A stretch of 64,000 nt of DNA from Anaerolineales bacterium (GTDB lineage Bacteria > Chloroflexota > Anaerolineae > Anaerolineales > RBG-16-64-43), in the NCBI GenBank assembly GCA_016932475.1, contig JAFGCU010000020.1, positions 101 to 64,100 of the forward strand. The letters run 5' to 3'. The notes below the pieces were generated by a model, which was not told where the DNA came from, did no database searches, and saw only the letters and a list, made by a program, of their open reading frames with translations. Both the position numbers and the translations under genes were made by a program. Position 1 is the first letter of the stretch; every line of letters begins with the position of its first letter. Of the stretch, positions 9,959 through 20,338 are shown piece by piece.

Positions 9959-10001
9959 CTCCGCATCAGGGTATAATTTCCCGGAAGCCGCCGAACTAAA
10001 A

Positions 10002-10721
10002 ATGAATCCACCAGCCATATCCTTGCTTCTGGTCGATGACGACGTTTCGATCACCGGACAGGTCGGGGCCTTCCTGACCCGCGCCGGGTACCGCGTGCAA
10101 ACCGAAGCGGACGGCGCGCGGGCTCTCGAGCAGATCCAGGCGCTCGACCCGGACCTGGTGATTCTCGATGTCCTCCTGCCCGGCATGGACGGGCGCGCGG
10201 TGCTGCGCGCGCTGCGCGCCGGCGGGGACCGACGCCCGGTGATTCTGCTGACCAAGGTCGGCAAGGCATCCGAACGGGCGTTGGCGCTCGAAGAAGGCGC
10301 CGACGACTACCTGAACAAGCCCTTTTCGGCGAGGGAACTCCTGGCCCGGATCCGGGCCGTGCTGCGGCGCGCGCACGACGCCCCGGTTCCCTTAACCTCC
10401 GCCTGGAAACTGACAGCCGGCAACCTGATCCTCGACCGCCGCGCCCGGCGCGCCGTGCTGAACGGGCAGACGATCGCCATGAAACCAAAAACGCTTGCCT
10501 TGCTCGAATACCTCATGACCCACCCCGACGAGTTGATGACGCGCGAGCGGCTGCTCAACGCGGTGTGGGGGTGGGAATACCCCGCCGGCCAGCGCACGGT
10601 GGATACGCGCGTGGCCGAACTGCGCCGGGCTTTGGGCGACGACGCCGGTCAACCCGCCTTCATCGAGACCGCCCCGAGCGAAGGATACCGGTTCATCGCT
10701 CCCGTACAGGGCGAGAAGTGA
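10002..10721 (+). CDS. OmpR/PhoB-family response regulator
   Basis: Receiver domain LVDDD, ILDVLLP, GADDYLNKPF; winged helix RTVDTRVAELRRAL...GYRF; TATAAT at 9972. Confidence 0.94.
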   Translation: MNPPAISLLLVDDDVSITGQVGAFLTRAGYRVQTEADGARALEQIQALDPDLVILDVLLPGMDGRAVLRALRAGGDRRPVILLTKVGKASERALALEEGADDYLNKPFSARELLARIRAVLRRAHDAPVPLTSAWKLTAGNLILDRRARRAVLNGQTIAMKPKTLALLEYLMTHPDELMTRERLLNAVWGWEYPAGQRTVDTRVAELRRALGDDAGQPAFIETAPSEGYRFIAPVQGEK

Positions 10722-11659
10722 TCCGCAAGCTCCTGATCTCCGCGACGCCTTTGCTCCTCTGCCTGACGGCGGGGATCGCCGTGGAAGCGCTGGCGCCCCG
10801 TTTGCCTTTGCTTTCCCTGGAAATCAGCGCCGGCTGGCTTCTCGTCCTGGCCGGCCTCGCCGCCGGCTTCCTGACTGCCTCCTTCTTCTTCCTTCATTGG
10901 TGGCATGGCATCCGCGTCGAATCCGCGGTCCAGGCGGAGAAGCAAACGCAGGTGGAAGCCCAAAACCGGTTCCTGCGCAGGTTGGATCATGAGCTGAAAA
11001 ATCCGCTGACCGGCCTGCGGGCGGCGGTGGAAAACCTGGAAGAATCCGCTTCGGAAAATCTGCTGCCGGCGACCCTCCCCGACATCCGGCTGCAGGTCGA
11101 ACGCATGGTCCGGCTGACGGGCGATTTGCGCAAACTGGCGGAACTCGAAGAGATCCCGCTCGAACAAAGCGCAGTCGATCTGGGAGATTTGCTCGAGCGG
11201 ATCGTCGAAGCCGCGCAGGCCCAGCCCCTGGGAACCGGCCGGGATATCCGCCTGGTCGTTCCGCGCGTCCCCTGGCCGCTTGCCCCGGTTATGGCGGATG
11301 AGGACCTTCTCGGTTCGGCCTTTTTCAACCTTATCGACAATGCTTTGAAATACAGCCGTAAAAGCGACGCCGTGGAGATCCGGGCCGCCAATCACGACCG
11401 TCAGATACAGGTGGAAATCGCCGATTCCGGCCCCGGTATCGCCACGGAGGAACTTCCGCGGATTTTCGAGGAGCTCTACCGCGGCGCCAACGCGCGCAGC
11501 AGCGAGGGCAGCGGGGTTGGGCTGGCGCTCGTCAAACGCATCATCGAACGGCACGGCGGCACCATCACCGTGCACAGCCGGATGAACGGCGCCACCGGCT
11601 CCATTTTTACCGTTCTTCTGCCGGCCTCGGGCGCGGGCGAGAATATGACCAAACGGTAA
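10718..11659 (+). CDS. sensor histidine kinase (2 TM, HisKA-HATPase)
   Basis: HELKNPL, NLIDNALKY, DSGPGI, GSGVGL; GTG start overlaps the regulator stop (GTGA). Confidence 0.92.
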   Translation: MIRKLLISATPLLLCLTAGIAVEALAPRLPLLSLEISAGWLLVLAGLAAGFLTASFFFLHWWHGIRVESAVQAEKQTQVEAQNRFLRRLDHELKNPLTGLRAAVENLEESASENLLPATLPDIRLQVERMVRLTGDLRKLAELEEIPLEQSAVDLGDLLERIVEAAQAQPLGTGRDIRLVVPRVPWPLAPVMADEDLLGSAFFNLIDNALKYSRKSDAVEIRAANHDRQIQVEIADSGPGIATEELPRIFEELYRGANARSSEGSGVGLALVKRIIERHGGTITVHSRMNGATGSIFTVLLPASGAGENMTKR

Positions 11660-11682
11660 CAACCGGGTGACCACTTGGTAAT
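11644..11682 (+). promoter_or_regulatory. putative response-regulator binding site: 11-bp-spaced direct repeats
   Basis: TATGAC 11644, GGTAAC 11655, GGTGAC 11666, GGTAAT 11677, followed by TTGACG at 11686. Confidence 0.5.
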
Positions 11683-11741
11683 CCGTTGACGCTATTAATA
11701 CTGGTGAAGTACATTCTCTTTTTCCTCCGCGGAGGCCCATT

Positions 11742-13868
11742 ATGAAAAAGAAAAACATCCCCTTTTTGGCATTTGTGCTCAGCCTGGTTTTCCTTTCGAT
11801 CAATTGCGGAACGCTGAACATGGATCTGGTGAATCCCAACTCCGCCGGATCGGCGGAGACCGCCGTTTCCGGCGGCGCGGAATCGACGGCCGCCGGAAAG
11901 ACGGAAATCGCTTCCTCGGGCGCAAACGAGCCTTCCGACACCGCCATGCCCATCCCGACTCAGGCGCCGTCGATTCAAATTCATGCCGAGCCGAAAACCA
12001 TCCTGGAGTATCCCGGGGGGCACATCGCCTGGTCGCCGGACGGGAAGTGGCTGATCCTGGGCGGGCGCGAAGTCCGTTTCCTGGACGCCCAGACTCTGCA
12101 GCAAACGCGGTCGATCCAGGCCGACCGTTGGGTGATGGGCATAGCGGTCTCCCCGGACAGTAAAGTCCTCGCGATGATCGACGAATCGCGCGGGGTGATG
12201 CTGTTCGACATCGCCTCCGGAAGCGAAATGCGGACGATTCCAGACTCGCGCTCCACCACCTCCGCAACCTCCGGTTCCTTCCTCGCGTTTTCCCCCGACA
12301 GCGCCACACTGGCGGTGATCCTCGGGGAAGTCGTCAAGCTGTACCGGGTTTCCGACGGCGAGGAGCTCAACACCCTGGTTCCTAAAACCGGCGGCATGTC
12401 ATCCCATTTCGGCGCGTCGTCCGTAGCCTTCTCCAAGGACGGCAGCAAGTTGTTCGTGGGTGGAATGGGGATTGCCGTGATCAACATCACCGACGGGAAG
12501 CAGGAGCAGGTATTCGGCGAGGATACGCGCTGCATGGCGCTCTCCCCGGACGGAAACCTGCTTGTGACCGCGGGAACGTTCAACAATCAGCCGGTTACGG
12601 TTTGGGATGCCGCCACCGGCAGCCCCCTGCGCACGCTGGACGAACCGGGCGACGCGGCTGTGGATATCGGCATATCGAGCATGGCATTCTCGCCGGACAG
12701 CCGGGTGCTGGCAACGGCCTCCGCCGACGTAACGATCAAACTGTGGGACGTGGCCACGGGGGCGTTGCTTCAAACGCTGGTCGGTCATACCACGGCCGTG
12801 TCCGCCCTCGGCTTTTCCCCGGACGGGAGAACCCTCGCCTCCGGAACGAAGGAGGAAGGGGATCAGGCCGGCGTACGGCTGTGGACGATCTCCAGCGGCC
12901 CGGCTCAGCCGACCGCTACCCGCTCCACTGCTTCCGTCGAGCGGCCCACGCCCATCCCGCTTTCCGCGCGCGCGATCCTACCCGAAAACGCGCCGTCGAT
13001 GAAGAAACGCTCCGCGCTCGAGGTCAGCGAAAGCGGTAGCCTGGCCTGGTCGCCGGATGGTAGCAGGCTGGTCGTCGGCGGGCGGAAGCTGCAATTCTTC
13101 CGTGTTCCCGGCCTGACCGAATCCAGCGCGCTGTCTTCCGAGATAGCGGGATTGGCAATATCTCCCAACGGCAGGATCCTGGCTGCCGCCGGATATTCCG
13201 GCGTGCGCTTGATCGATATGGCTTCCGAAAAAGAAATCCTCACCCTGCCCGGCACCAGCATCAGCACCAGTGCATTGTCCAACTCGTTCCTGGCGTTTAC
13301 ACCCGACAGCAGGACTCTGGCGGTGATTCTCGGAGACGTGGTTAAGTTGTTCGATACGGAGACCGGTCTGGAAACCGGGACTATTGTGGCCAACGGCGCC
13401 TTCCACATTGCCATCTCTCCCGATGGAACCCTGCTCTACGCCGTCGGTTGGGGCGAGCAAATCACAGTGTGGGATATTTTCACCGGCGCCAATCTTCGTT
13501 CGATCGGCACTCCTTCCTTTAGTTTCGATTACATGATCCTCTCCCCGGACGGGAGTACCCTCGCGGCCAGTTCGTTCGACGGCACGATCCTCCTTCTGGA
13601 TGCAGCGTCCGGGCGCCAACTCCACTCGCTCCAGGTATCCAGTGCGCGGATCGGCGGAATGGCCTTCTCTCCCGATGGGAAGATCCTCGCCGCCATCACC
13701 GACGGGGTGGCGATACAACTGTGGGACGTATCGAGGGGACAATTGTTAACAAACCTGACCGGCCACAGCCAAAGCATAAACTCCATCGCCTTCTCCCCAG
13801 ACGGTGCACTCCTGGCCTCCTCGTCCTATAGTGACGGCGTGTACCTTTGGGGCCTGCCAGCCGGATAG
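11742..13868 (+). CDS. secreted or lipid-anchored WD40 protein with two tandem beta-propellers
   Basis: Signal peptide ending in Cys; many AFSPDG and LWD repeats; two homologous halves joined by a Pro/Thr linker. Confidence 0.88.
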   Translation: MKKKNIPFLAFVLSLVFLSINCGTLNMDLVNPNSAGSAETAVSGGAESTAAGKTEIASSGANEPSDTAMPIPTQAPSIQIHAEPKTILEYPGGHIAWSPDGKWLILGGREVRFLDAQTLQQTRSIQADRWVMGIAVSPDSKVLAMIDESRGVMLFDIASGSEMRTIPDSRSTTSATSGSFLAFSPDSATLAVILGEVVKLYRVSDGEELNTLVPKTGGMSSHFGASSVAFSKDGSKLFVGGMGIAVINITDGKQEQVFGEDTRCMALSPDGNLLVTAGTFNNQPVTVWDAATGSPLRTLDEPGDAAVDIGISSMAFSPDSRVLATASADVTIKLWDVATGALLQTLVGHTTAVSALGFSPDGRTLASGTKEEGDQAGVRLWTISSGPAQPTATRSTASVERPTPIPLSARAILPENAPSMKKRSALEVSESGSLAWSPDGSRLVVGGRKLQFFRVPGLTESSALSSEIAGLAISPNGRILAAAGYSGVRLIDMASEKEILTLPGTSISTSALSNSFLAFTPDSRTLAVILGDVVKLFDTETGLETGTIVANGAFHIAISPDGTLLYAVGWGEQITVWDIFTGANLRSIGTPSFSFDYMILSPDGSTLAASSFDGTILLLDAASGRQLHSLQVSSARIGGMAFSPDGKILAAITDGVAIQLWDVSRGQLLTNLTGHSQSINSIAFSPDGALLASSSYSDGVYLWGLPAG

Positions 13869-13994
13869 GCGCGGCTTTCCCGATCCTGATGGACACAACC
13901 CTCCCGCGGCAAACGCCGCGGGAGGGCACCCCCGGAACGATTAAAAAAGAAAAAAACAAGTAAGTAGCCCTTCAGGCTACCCATGGGAGGAGCC

Positions 13995-15014
13995 ATGCTT
14001 AAATCCAGTCTGATCGCCGTTCCCGTCACCGCTATCGTCATCCTTTGCACCGGATTTCTGAGCGAGTTGTGCTGCTGCGCCAGTCCGTTCACCGCGGTTT
14101 TCCTGGGGCTTGCCGCCGGAGCGTTGTGCGCCTTGGTTGAAAAGCCTCTCCACAGGGATCGGGCGTTGAAGCGCGGCGCGATCGCCGGCGCAATCGCCGG
14201 ATTCGCCGCGGTCCCCGCCCAGGTGCTCGGGGAAATCGCCGTCGCCCTGGCGATAGCGGGAAGCGGTCAAGTGGATATCTCGCTGTTCGGCCTGCCGCAG
14301 GCGAGCGCCACCGTCGATTTATGGAACTGGGCCTTAAACGCCTTCTTCGCCGCCAGCCTGTACGGATTGCTCGCCGCCGCGATTATGACGGGGACGGGAG
14401 CCGCGGGCGGCGCCATATGGTTCCGCGTTTATCGAAGGAAGAACACGGAACCGGGTACCGGGGTGGACCAGCCTAAACCGGAACTGCCGGCAGATCTTCC
14501 CGGGCAGGCGCCGGATCCACGGAAAATGATTTTATCCGGCGTCATCATGGCCGGCGTGGCGTTTGTCTTTCTTCTCCTGATCAAGACAAATTGGGGATGC
14601 CTGTCGGTACCGGCGGCGGTAATCATAGGATTGGCCACCGGTATCCTTGCCGGCAACCTGGCAAGGCCGGACACTGCCGGCCGGGCGGCTGTCTTCGGGG
14701 GGATCGCCGGATTGATCGCCAGCCTTGGCGCCTCCCTCGGCGATATCATCGGCTTGTTGATCCGCATATTCCTGATCCAGACCCCGCAGGGGATTAATTC
14801 CATGACCGAAGGGTTTTACGGCATGATGGGGATGGCCGATTCGTTTGGGGCACAAACACCGGCTGAAATCCTTTTCGGTGATATTCCCATAATCTGCTGC
14901 TGCAGCACTCTTTATCTTGCCGCATTTATCGGTTTCGGCGCGCTCGGCGGCCTGTTGTGGTTCCGGCGGGAGGCGATGCCGGGTGCGCTCCGGCCGGCCG
15001 CCCCGGCGCAATAA
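13995..15014 (+). CDS. hypothetical membrane protein with internal duplication
   Basis: About 8 hydrophobic segments; two similar halves; CCC motifs near both ends; GGAGG RBS. Confidence 0.75.
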   Translation: MLKSSLIAVPVTAIVILCTGFLSELCCCASPFTAVFLGLAAGALCALVEKPLHRDRALKRGAIAGAIAGFAAVPAQVLGEIAVALAIAGSGQVDISLFGLPQASATVDLWNWALNAFFAASLYGLLAAAIMTGTGAAGGAIWFRVYRRKNTEPGTGVDQPKPELPADLPGQAPDPRKMILSGVIMAGVAFVFLLLIKTNWGCLSVPAAVIIGLATGILAGNLARPDTAGRAAVFGGIAGLIASLGASLGDIIGLLIRIFLIQTPQGINSMTEGFYGMMGMADSFGAQTPAEILFGDIPIICCCSTLYLAAFIGFGALGGLLWFRREAMPGALRPAAPAQ

Positions 15015-15042
15015 CCAGTTCCGCGGATGAGGGGCATGTAAT

Positions 15043-15117
15043 AGCCGGAAGGACACGAAGGGTTAAAATCTTAATCAACCTTCGTGTCCTTCCGGCTTTC
15101 CTTCGTGTTCTTCGCGG
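15043..15117. repeat. CACGAAG-family inverted repeat between convergent genes (may act as terminator)
   Basis: AGCCGGAAGGACACGAAGGGTT paired with AACCTTCGTGTCCTTCCGGCT. Confidence 0.6.
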
Positions 15118-15119
15118 AA

Positions 15120-15395
15120 TTAATTAATTCCGAGCAGTTCGCAAATCTTTTTCTTGTCCCAATCCACCACGATCTCCCCGCCGATATCGATGGTGGGCGT
15201 GGTTTCATTCCCGTCCGCCCAGCCGCGCACACGCGCCGCGGCCTCGCGGTCCTTGCTGATATCCACATCGACATATTTGATGTTGTGTTCTTTCAGGAAT
15301 GCGCGCGCACTCCGGCACCCCGGGCACCATTGCGTGCAATACAGGATCACCTCGGCTTTCGGTTCCGACGATCCGGTTTTTTCATTCTGCGGCAT
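15120..15395 (-). CDS. glutaredoxin-like (NrdH/mycoredoxin-like) protein
   Basis: WCPGC, VDI, GNETTPTI. Confidence 0.88.
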   Translation of the reverse strand: MPQNEKTGSSEPKAEVILYCTQWCPGCRSARAFLKEHNIKYVDVDISKDREAAARVRGWADGNETTPTIDIGGEIVVDWDKKKICELLGIN

Positions 15396-15537
15396 TCTCT
15401 CTCCTTTGAAATCTATGCAAATGGAATTCTTCTGGAAAACCCCATTTCCGGAAAGCCGCAAAGGACGCTAAGCTATTCATTGTTTTCTTTTCCAATTTTC
15501 TTTGTGTACTTAGCGGCTTCGCGGTGAAAAGGTTTTT

Positions 15538-16710
15538 TTATTTCTTCAATTCCCGGCTTGCGGCCAGCGCCGCCTGCCAGACTTCTTTGAGCGGAATGCG
15601 CTTTTCTTCCGCCAGCCGCAGGCAATCCCGGTATTCCGGGGCGGCGTTCATCACCCGCTTTTCCCAGCAGGCGATTTTCACCTTCACCGGACCGTAGGCG
15701 GTCTCCACGGTCCGTTCCTCGCGCTCGAGCTTCCGCCGCTCCACCGGGTGCATGCGCACGCCGATCGTGGTCGTCTCGGAAAAGAGAACGCCGAGCGCGC
15801 CGTCCAATTTCGATTCATCCACCAGCATGCCGAGCAGGATCGCCGGACGGTTGCGCTTCATCTGAATCGGCGCAAGGTACACATCCAGCGCCCCGGCGTC
15901 GAACAGCCGCTCCAGGACGTGCTCGTACCATTGCGGATTCATGTCGTCGATGTTGGCTTCCACGACCAGGACGTGCTCCCCCGCCGGCCCGTCCTCCGCG
16001 CTGCCGACTGTCACCCGCAGGAGATTGGCCCACGGCAGGTCGCGCGTGCCGGCGCCGTACCCCACGAACCCCACACGCATCGGCGGCGCGCCGTCGAAAT
16101 CCGCCGTTAACCCCGCCAGCAGTGCGGCGCCGGTCGGCGTGACCAGCTCCGCGTCGACATCCCGCCCGTACACCGGAACTCCGCGCAGCAGTTCGGCCGT
16201 CGCCGGAGCCGGCACCGGAAGCAGGCCGTGCGCGGATTGCACGGTTCCGGCGCCGATGTGCAGCGGAGACGAATACACCCTGTCCACGCCGAGCAACTCC
16301 AGGCAGATCGCAGTCCCGACGATGTCGACGATCGCGTCCACCGCGCCGACTTCATGGAAGTGGATCTTCTCGACCGGCTCGCCGTGGACTTTCGATTCCG
16401 CTTCGGCCAGCGCGCGGAACGTCCGCAGACTCCGCTCGCGGACCCGCTCCGCCAGCGCGCCGGATTGTATGATCGTTTCGATGTCCGCCAAATGGCGGTG
16501 CGGCTGTTTTTCATCCATGCGGACTTCCACCGCCGTTCCGCGCAAGCCGGATTTGTGCGTCTCGTTTATTTCAAGCCGGTATCCGCCGAGGTTCAGTTTC
16601 CCCAACTCGCGGCGGAGGGTGTCCGGCGCGATGCCGCAATCGAGCAGCGCGCCCAGCGTCATGTTGCCGCTGATGCCGGAAAAACAATCAAAACAGGCGA
16701 TTGTCGTCAT
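15538..16710 (-). CDS. larC: nickel-pincer cofactor nickel-insertion protein LarC
   Basis: FDCFSGISGNM, HFHEVGAVDAIVDI, PVPAPAT, ELVTPTGAA, MKRNRP, ETTTIGVR. Confidence 0.93.
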   Translation of the reverse strand: MTTIACFDCFSGISGNMTLGALLDCGIAPDTLRRELGKLNLGGYRLEINETHKSGLRGTAVEVRMDEKQPHRHLADIETIIQSGALAERVRERSLRTFRALAEAESKVHGEPVEKIHFHEVGAVDAIVDIVGTAICLELLGVDRVYSSPLHIGAGTVQSAHGLLPVPAPATAELLRGVPVYGRDVDAELVTPTGAALLAGLTADFDGAPPMRVGFVGYGAGTRDLPWANLLRVTVGSAEDGPAGEHVLVVEANIDDMNPQWYEHVLERLFDAGALDVYLAPIQMKRNRPAILLGMLVDESKLDGALGVLFSETTTIGVRMHPVERRKLEREERTVETAYGPVKVKIACWEKRVMNAAPEYRDCLRLAEEKRIPLKEVWQAALAASRELKK

Positions 16711-16737
16711 AGTATCCCCAAAACCAAAGCAAGCCTT

Positions 16738-17166
16738 TCATTCCCCGCCAATGATGACCAGCCGGTGGTTGGTCCCATCCATGACCAGCGTGAGTTTTGT
16801 GATCACCCACTCCCCCTCCATTTTTCTTGCTGTGACGTACACCGTTCCGGAACCCTTCGGACCGGAAACGGAATATGAAATGTCGGCGGTCCCGGACGCC
16901 GGGGTTTCGGAGATGGATCCGTTGACAAGCCATCCCGCCTCGATCGGCGTCCCCAAAAGCTGTTGAGCCCGGGAATCCGCCTGAACCGCGGCCAGCGAAT
17001 CCTGATACGCCGGGTTGGATTTCATCAGGCCGAATATGCCGAATACCCCGGCGGCACCGGTTCCGACGACGCACACGGCGGTCATCGTCAGCAACAGGCA
17101 GGCCGCCAGGATCAGCACCCACCAAAAACGCGCGAACCAGCTTTTCTTCTTTGTTGGATTTTCCAT
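16738..17166 (-). CDS. Coa1/Tim21-like membrane protein
   Basis: N-terminal TM; LLGTPIEAG...ADISYSVSGPKGSGTVYVTA...W. Confidence 0.75.
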   Translation of the reverse strand: MENPTKKKSWFARFWWVLILAACLLLTMTAVCVVGTGAAGVFGIFGLMKSNPAYQDSLAAVQADSRAQQLLGTPIEAGWLVNGSISETPASGTADISYSVSGPKGSGTVYVTARKMEGEWVITKLTLVMDGTNHRLVIIGGE

Positions 17167-17235
17167 GTTCTCCTCCGGTTTGAAATATTCACGATCTCGG
17201 CGGGAACGAATTATAAGGGATGGCCGTGCCATGAA

Positions 17236-17556
17236 TTATGGAGAAAGCAATTTTTCGGCCACAGGCAGCAGAAACAGGCCTGCGATGCACACGGTGATCA
17301 GCGCGATCAGGACGATGTTGGCGTACCCCATAACCAATCCGGCGGCCGCCAATCCGTCGCCGGTAAGCCGCCCTTCGGATTGAGCAATCCGGACCCTCGC
17401 CATATGCCCAAGGACAATCGCGGGAATGGCGCCCAGGACCGGGAGGATGATCCAGCTGGCGAGGCCCAGAAACAGGCTGGCGGTGGCCAGCCCGCTGATC
17501 TGGAACGGCGGTTCCTCCGGCGGCAGATACGAGCGCTCTTCCGAAGGTTCGGCCAT
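17236..17556 (-). CDS. DUF4190 domain membrane protein
   Basis: SGLATASLFLG...AIVLGHMARVRI...GDGLAAAGLVMGY. Confidence 0.85.
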   Translation of the reverse strand: MAEPSEERSYLPPEEPPFQISGLATASLFLGLASWIILPVLGAIPAIVLGHMARVRIAQSEGRLTGDGLAAAGLVMGYANIVLIALITVCIAGLFLLPVAEKLLSP

Positions 17557-18189
17557 CTATCCGGCCTCCCACTCCGCGCGGGTGACTGTATGGCAGCCCA
17601 TCTGCAGCCATTCCCAGAAGGCGGCGCAATCTCCGTCCAGCGTGTAGCCCACGCTTTGCACGAAATCGAACTGGAACACCGTGCTGTTCAACTGCGACAT
17701 CAGCATCTGGCTGCCGGCGCTGGTGGAGGCGTTGGGGATGAGCGTATTAAGTCCCGTGAAATCGACGGTGTACTCCCCGCCCACGCCGATCACCCCGGCG
17801 ACCGCATCCGCCGTGGCGGGCGAGAACCACGAGGTCAGTCCGGCTGCTTTTTCGGCGTCGGTCGGCCCCTTAAGCAGTTCCTTGAGAGTCGAGCGGACAA
17901 GGACCGCCTCGTTGTCGGTTTGCGGGACGGACCGGGTGGCCGGGACGGGGGTCATATTCTCGTCGGCGGCCATTGTGAAGAAGACCCACACGCTCACCGT
18001 TCCCGGTTCGGGGGATTGCACCGGGCTCCAGGTTTCCGAGACGGTCGGCATAGCACCTTGCGTATTCTGGGCCGGCAGCGTCAGAATGGATGCGGTGGGC
18101 ACCGCCGGCCCATCCGTGGCGATGGGTGTGGATATATTGCACGCCAGGGTCGGTAATACAATGGCAAGAAGGGGCAGCAATCGATTCAT
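17557..18189 (-). CDS. GerMN-domain lipoprotein
   Basis: Lipobox LAC; LLKGPTDAEKAAGL; QLNSTVFQFDFVQSV. Confidence 0.82.
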   Translation of the reverse strand: MNRLLPLLAIVLPTLACNISTPIATDGPAVPTASILTLPAQNTQGAMPTVSETWSPVQSPEPGTVSVWVFFTMAADENMTPVPATRSVPQTDNEAVLVRSTLKELLKGPTDAEKAAGLTSWFSPATADAVAGVIGVGGEYTVDFTGLNTLIPNASTSAGSQMLMSQLNSTVFQFDFVQSVGYTLDGDCAAFWEWLQMGCHTVTRAEWEAG

Positions 18190-18267
18190 TAACTCTCCTT
18201 GCATAATCTGGCAATCACCGGGCAATCGATATGGCGCGGGTTTTGATTATGCATTATAAATCCCTTT

Positions 18268-19350
18268 TTATCCACCCGAATACACATTCCTGTCGCTGTT
18301 CCCTCCCGGCTTGAAAGCGGACCAAGTGACATAGAGGGATTCATCCCTGCCGGCGGAGAAGGATAAATCATGACGGGCGAAGAAAACCCCTTGTTTACCA
18401 AACCGTGCAGGGCAAGAAGCTGTTTATAATCCCCAATAACAAACTGCAGCTTCCGGATTCCGACTCATCCAGAAATGCTTCCCCGAACCAGAAATCATGG
18501 TTGTATTCGAGCGGAGTATAGATCGTTGTCCACTCCCCGGATGTGAGCTGGTACGCCGATCCCGGGTTTCGCATCCCCATCCAGGTCAGGTACAGGTTGC
18601 CGTCCTGCGCGAGAAGGAATTGCGGGCGGGTTATGTGCGAATCCGATAATACCCGCGGTTCGGACCGGGAAAGGCCATCCCCTTTGGATTCCATGAGCAT
18701 CAACCGGGCGACCTGATCGACGGCTGATTCTGAAGTAAACGCAATAAAAAAGTACCCGCGGAATCCTGCTCCGTCTCCAGCTCAGTAATAGCTAATGATC
18801 CGTCCGTCAGGCGGGTTTCTCCGAAGTAGAGAAAATTTTGATGCTCCTCGAGCGTGAAGTAGGTCGACTTTATCCACGGCGGACCGAGAAAGAACTTCCT
18901 CTCAAGCGAGAGACGGTCCGCATACCCTTTGTACCCGCTGTCCACCCGCCCGCCGGCCTGCTGGCAATTCAACCGCAGGACCGGCGACTCTCTTCTCTCG
19001 AAATAGGTGACACAAGGTTTCCCATGGCTGCCCCGCAAAAAACAGAGGAAAATCCAGCTCCTCATTTTCCATCTGTTCTTGTTAACCGTCGGAAAAGCGT
19101 CTCCGGAATTAAAAATCCGTCGAGATGGGAGATTCCCGATCGTATCCGTCTTTCCAGAATATGCGGGGGTCCTTCGGCAGGCATGACAGGAAGCGGTTTT
19201 TTCAATGTTAGCTATGGATTCCCGCTGGGAGCACCCTCGCTCCGCATTTATCATGGCTTATAAACCAGAAATGAGCCAAAAAGCTGCCCGATGGCAGACG
19301 CGGAAATGACGGAGGATAGGCTGGTTCCGTGGGGGCGTGTTGCTCATGTC
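18268..19350 (-). pseudogene. probable fragmented gene for an exported beta-propeller-like protein
   Basis: Blade-like fragments in different frames (PQFLLAQDGNLYLTW; SAGRDESLYVTW) broken by stops and frameshifts; lower GC than flanks; 5' limit approximate. Confidence 0.4.
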
Positions 19351-19509
19351 GACTGATGATAGACGAAAAACATGGTTATCATGGTGGAAATCCCCTTTCC
19401 TCAATCCGCATTGGGTGGAATATCCAACCCGCATGAAACCGCATTCCAGGCTGACCGGTGTTCATGAGAATATCCGCGGATCGGGGAAGAACGGCTCCGT
19501 GAGATGATC

Positions 19510-19587
19510 GTCATGCCGGCGGGTAACTGGCCGGCATCCACGACTTTCTTTACCCATAAACCCCGGCCTGCGGCGCGCCGGGGTGAC
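19510..19587. repeat. REP doublet (A plus inverted B)
   Basis: GTCATGCCGGCGGGTAACTGGCCGGCATCCA ... CCCCGGCCTGCGGCGCGCCGGGGTGAC directly after larB. Confidence 0.85.
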
Positions 19588-19597
19588 GAGGTGCTCC

Positions 19598-20338
19598 CTA
19601 TTGATTCACCATATGCGCCATGTACCCTGCGCCGAAGCCGTTATCGATATTCACCACCGTCACGCCCGGCGCGCAGGAGTTCAACATGGTCAGCAGCGCC
19701 GCCAGGCCGCCGAACGACGCTCCGTAGCCGATGCTGGTCGGCACGGCGATCACCGGCCGGCTGACCAGCCCGCCGACGACGCTGGGAAGCGCGCCGTCCA
19801 TCCCGGCCACGACGACCAGCACGTTCGCCGCGAAAAGCGTCTCGCGCCGGTCGAGCAGGCGGTGGATGCCCGCCACGCCGACATCGAACAACCGCTCGAC
19901 CTTGCTGCCGAGGGTCTCGGCGGTCACGGCGGCCTCGTCCGCGACGGGGATATCGGCCGTCCCGGCGCTCATCACCAGCACCGTCCCTTTGCCGGAGGAT
20001 GCGGGAGAACCGAGCGTCACGATCCGCGCCGATTCGTGATATACCGCCTGCGGGAATTTCTTTTTTATCGCGTCCGCCGCTTCGGCGGTCGCACGGGCGG
20101 CCATCACCCGGCCCTCGTGTTTCGCCAGCCGCTCGAAGATCATCTCGATCTGGCCGATCGTCTTGCCCGGGCAGAAGATCACCTCGGGGTATCCTTTGCG
20201 CATCGCGCGGTGCGTGTCGACCCGCGCGAATCCCATATCCTCATACGGCAGATCCTTCAATTTGGAGAACGCGTCTTCCACGGCGAGTTCCCCGCCGCGG
20301 ACCTGTTCGAGAAGTCGCCGGATGCGTTCGCTATCCAT
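19598..20338 (-). CDS. larB: nickel-pincer cofactor biosynthesis protein LarB
   Basis: PEVIFCPGK, AGTADIPVADEA, DVGVAGIHRL, AVPTSIGYG, NSCAPG, NIDNGFGA. Confidence 0.95.
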   Translation of the reverse strand: MDSERIRRLLEQVRGGELAVEDAFSKLKDLPYEDMGFARVDTHRAMRKGYPEVIFCPGKTIGQIEMIFERLAKHEGRVMAARATAEAADAIKKKFPQAVYHESARIVTLGSPASSGKGTVLVMSAGTADIPVADEAAVTAETLGSKVERLFDVGVAGIHRLLDRRETLFAANVLVVVAGMDGALPSVVGGLVSRPVIAVPTSIGYGASFGGLAALLTMLNSCAPGVTVVNIDNGFGAGYMAHMVNQ

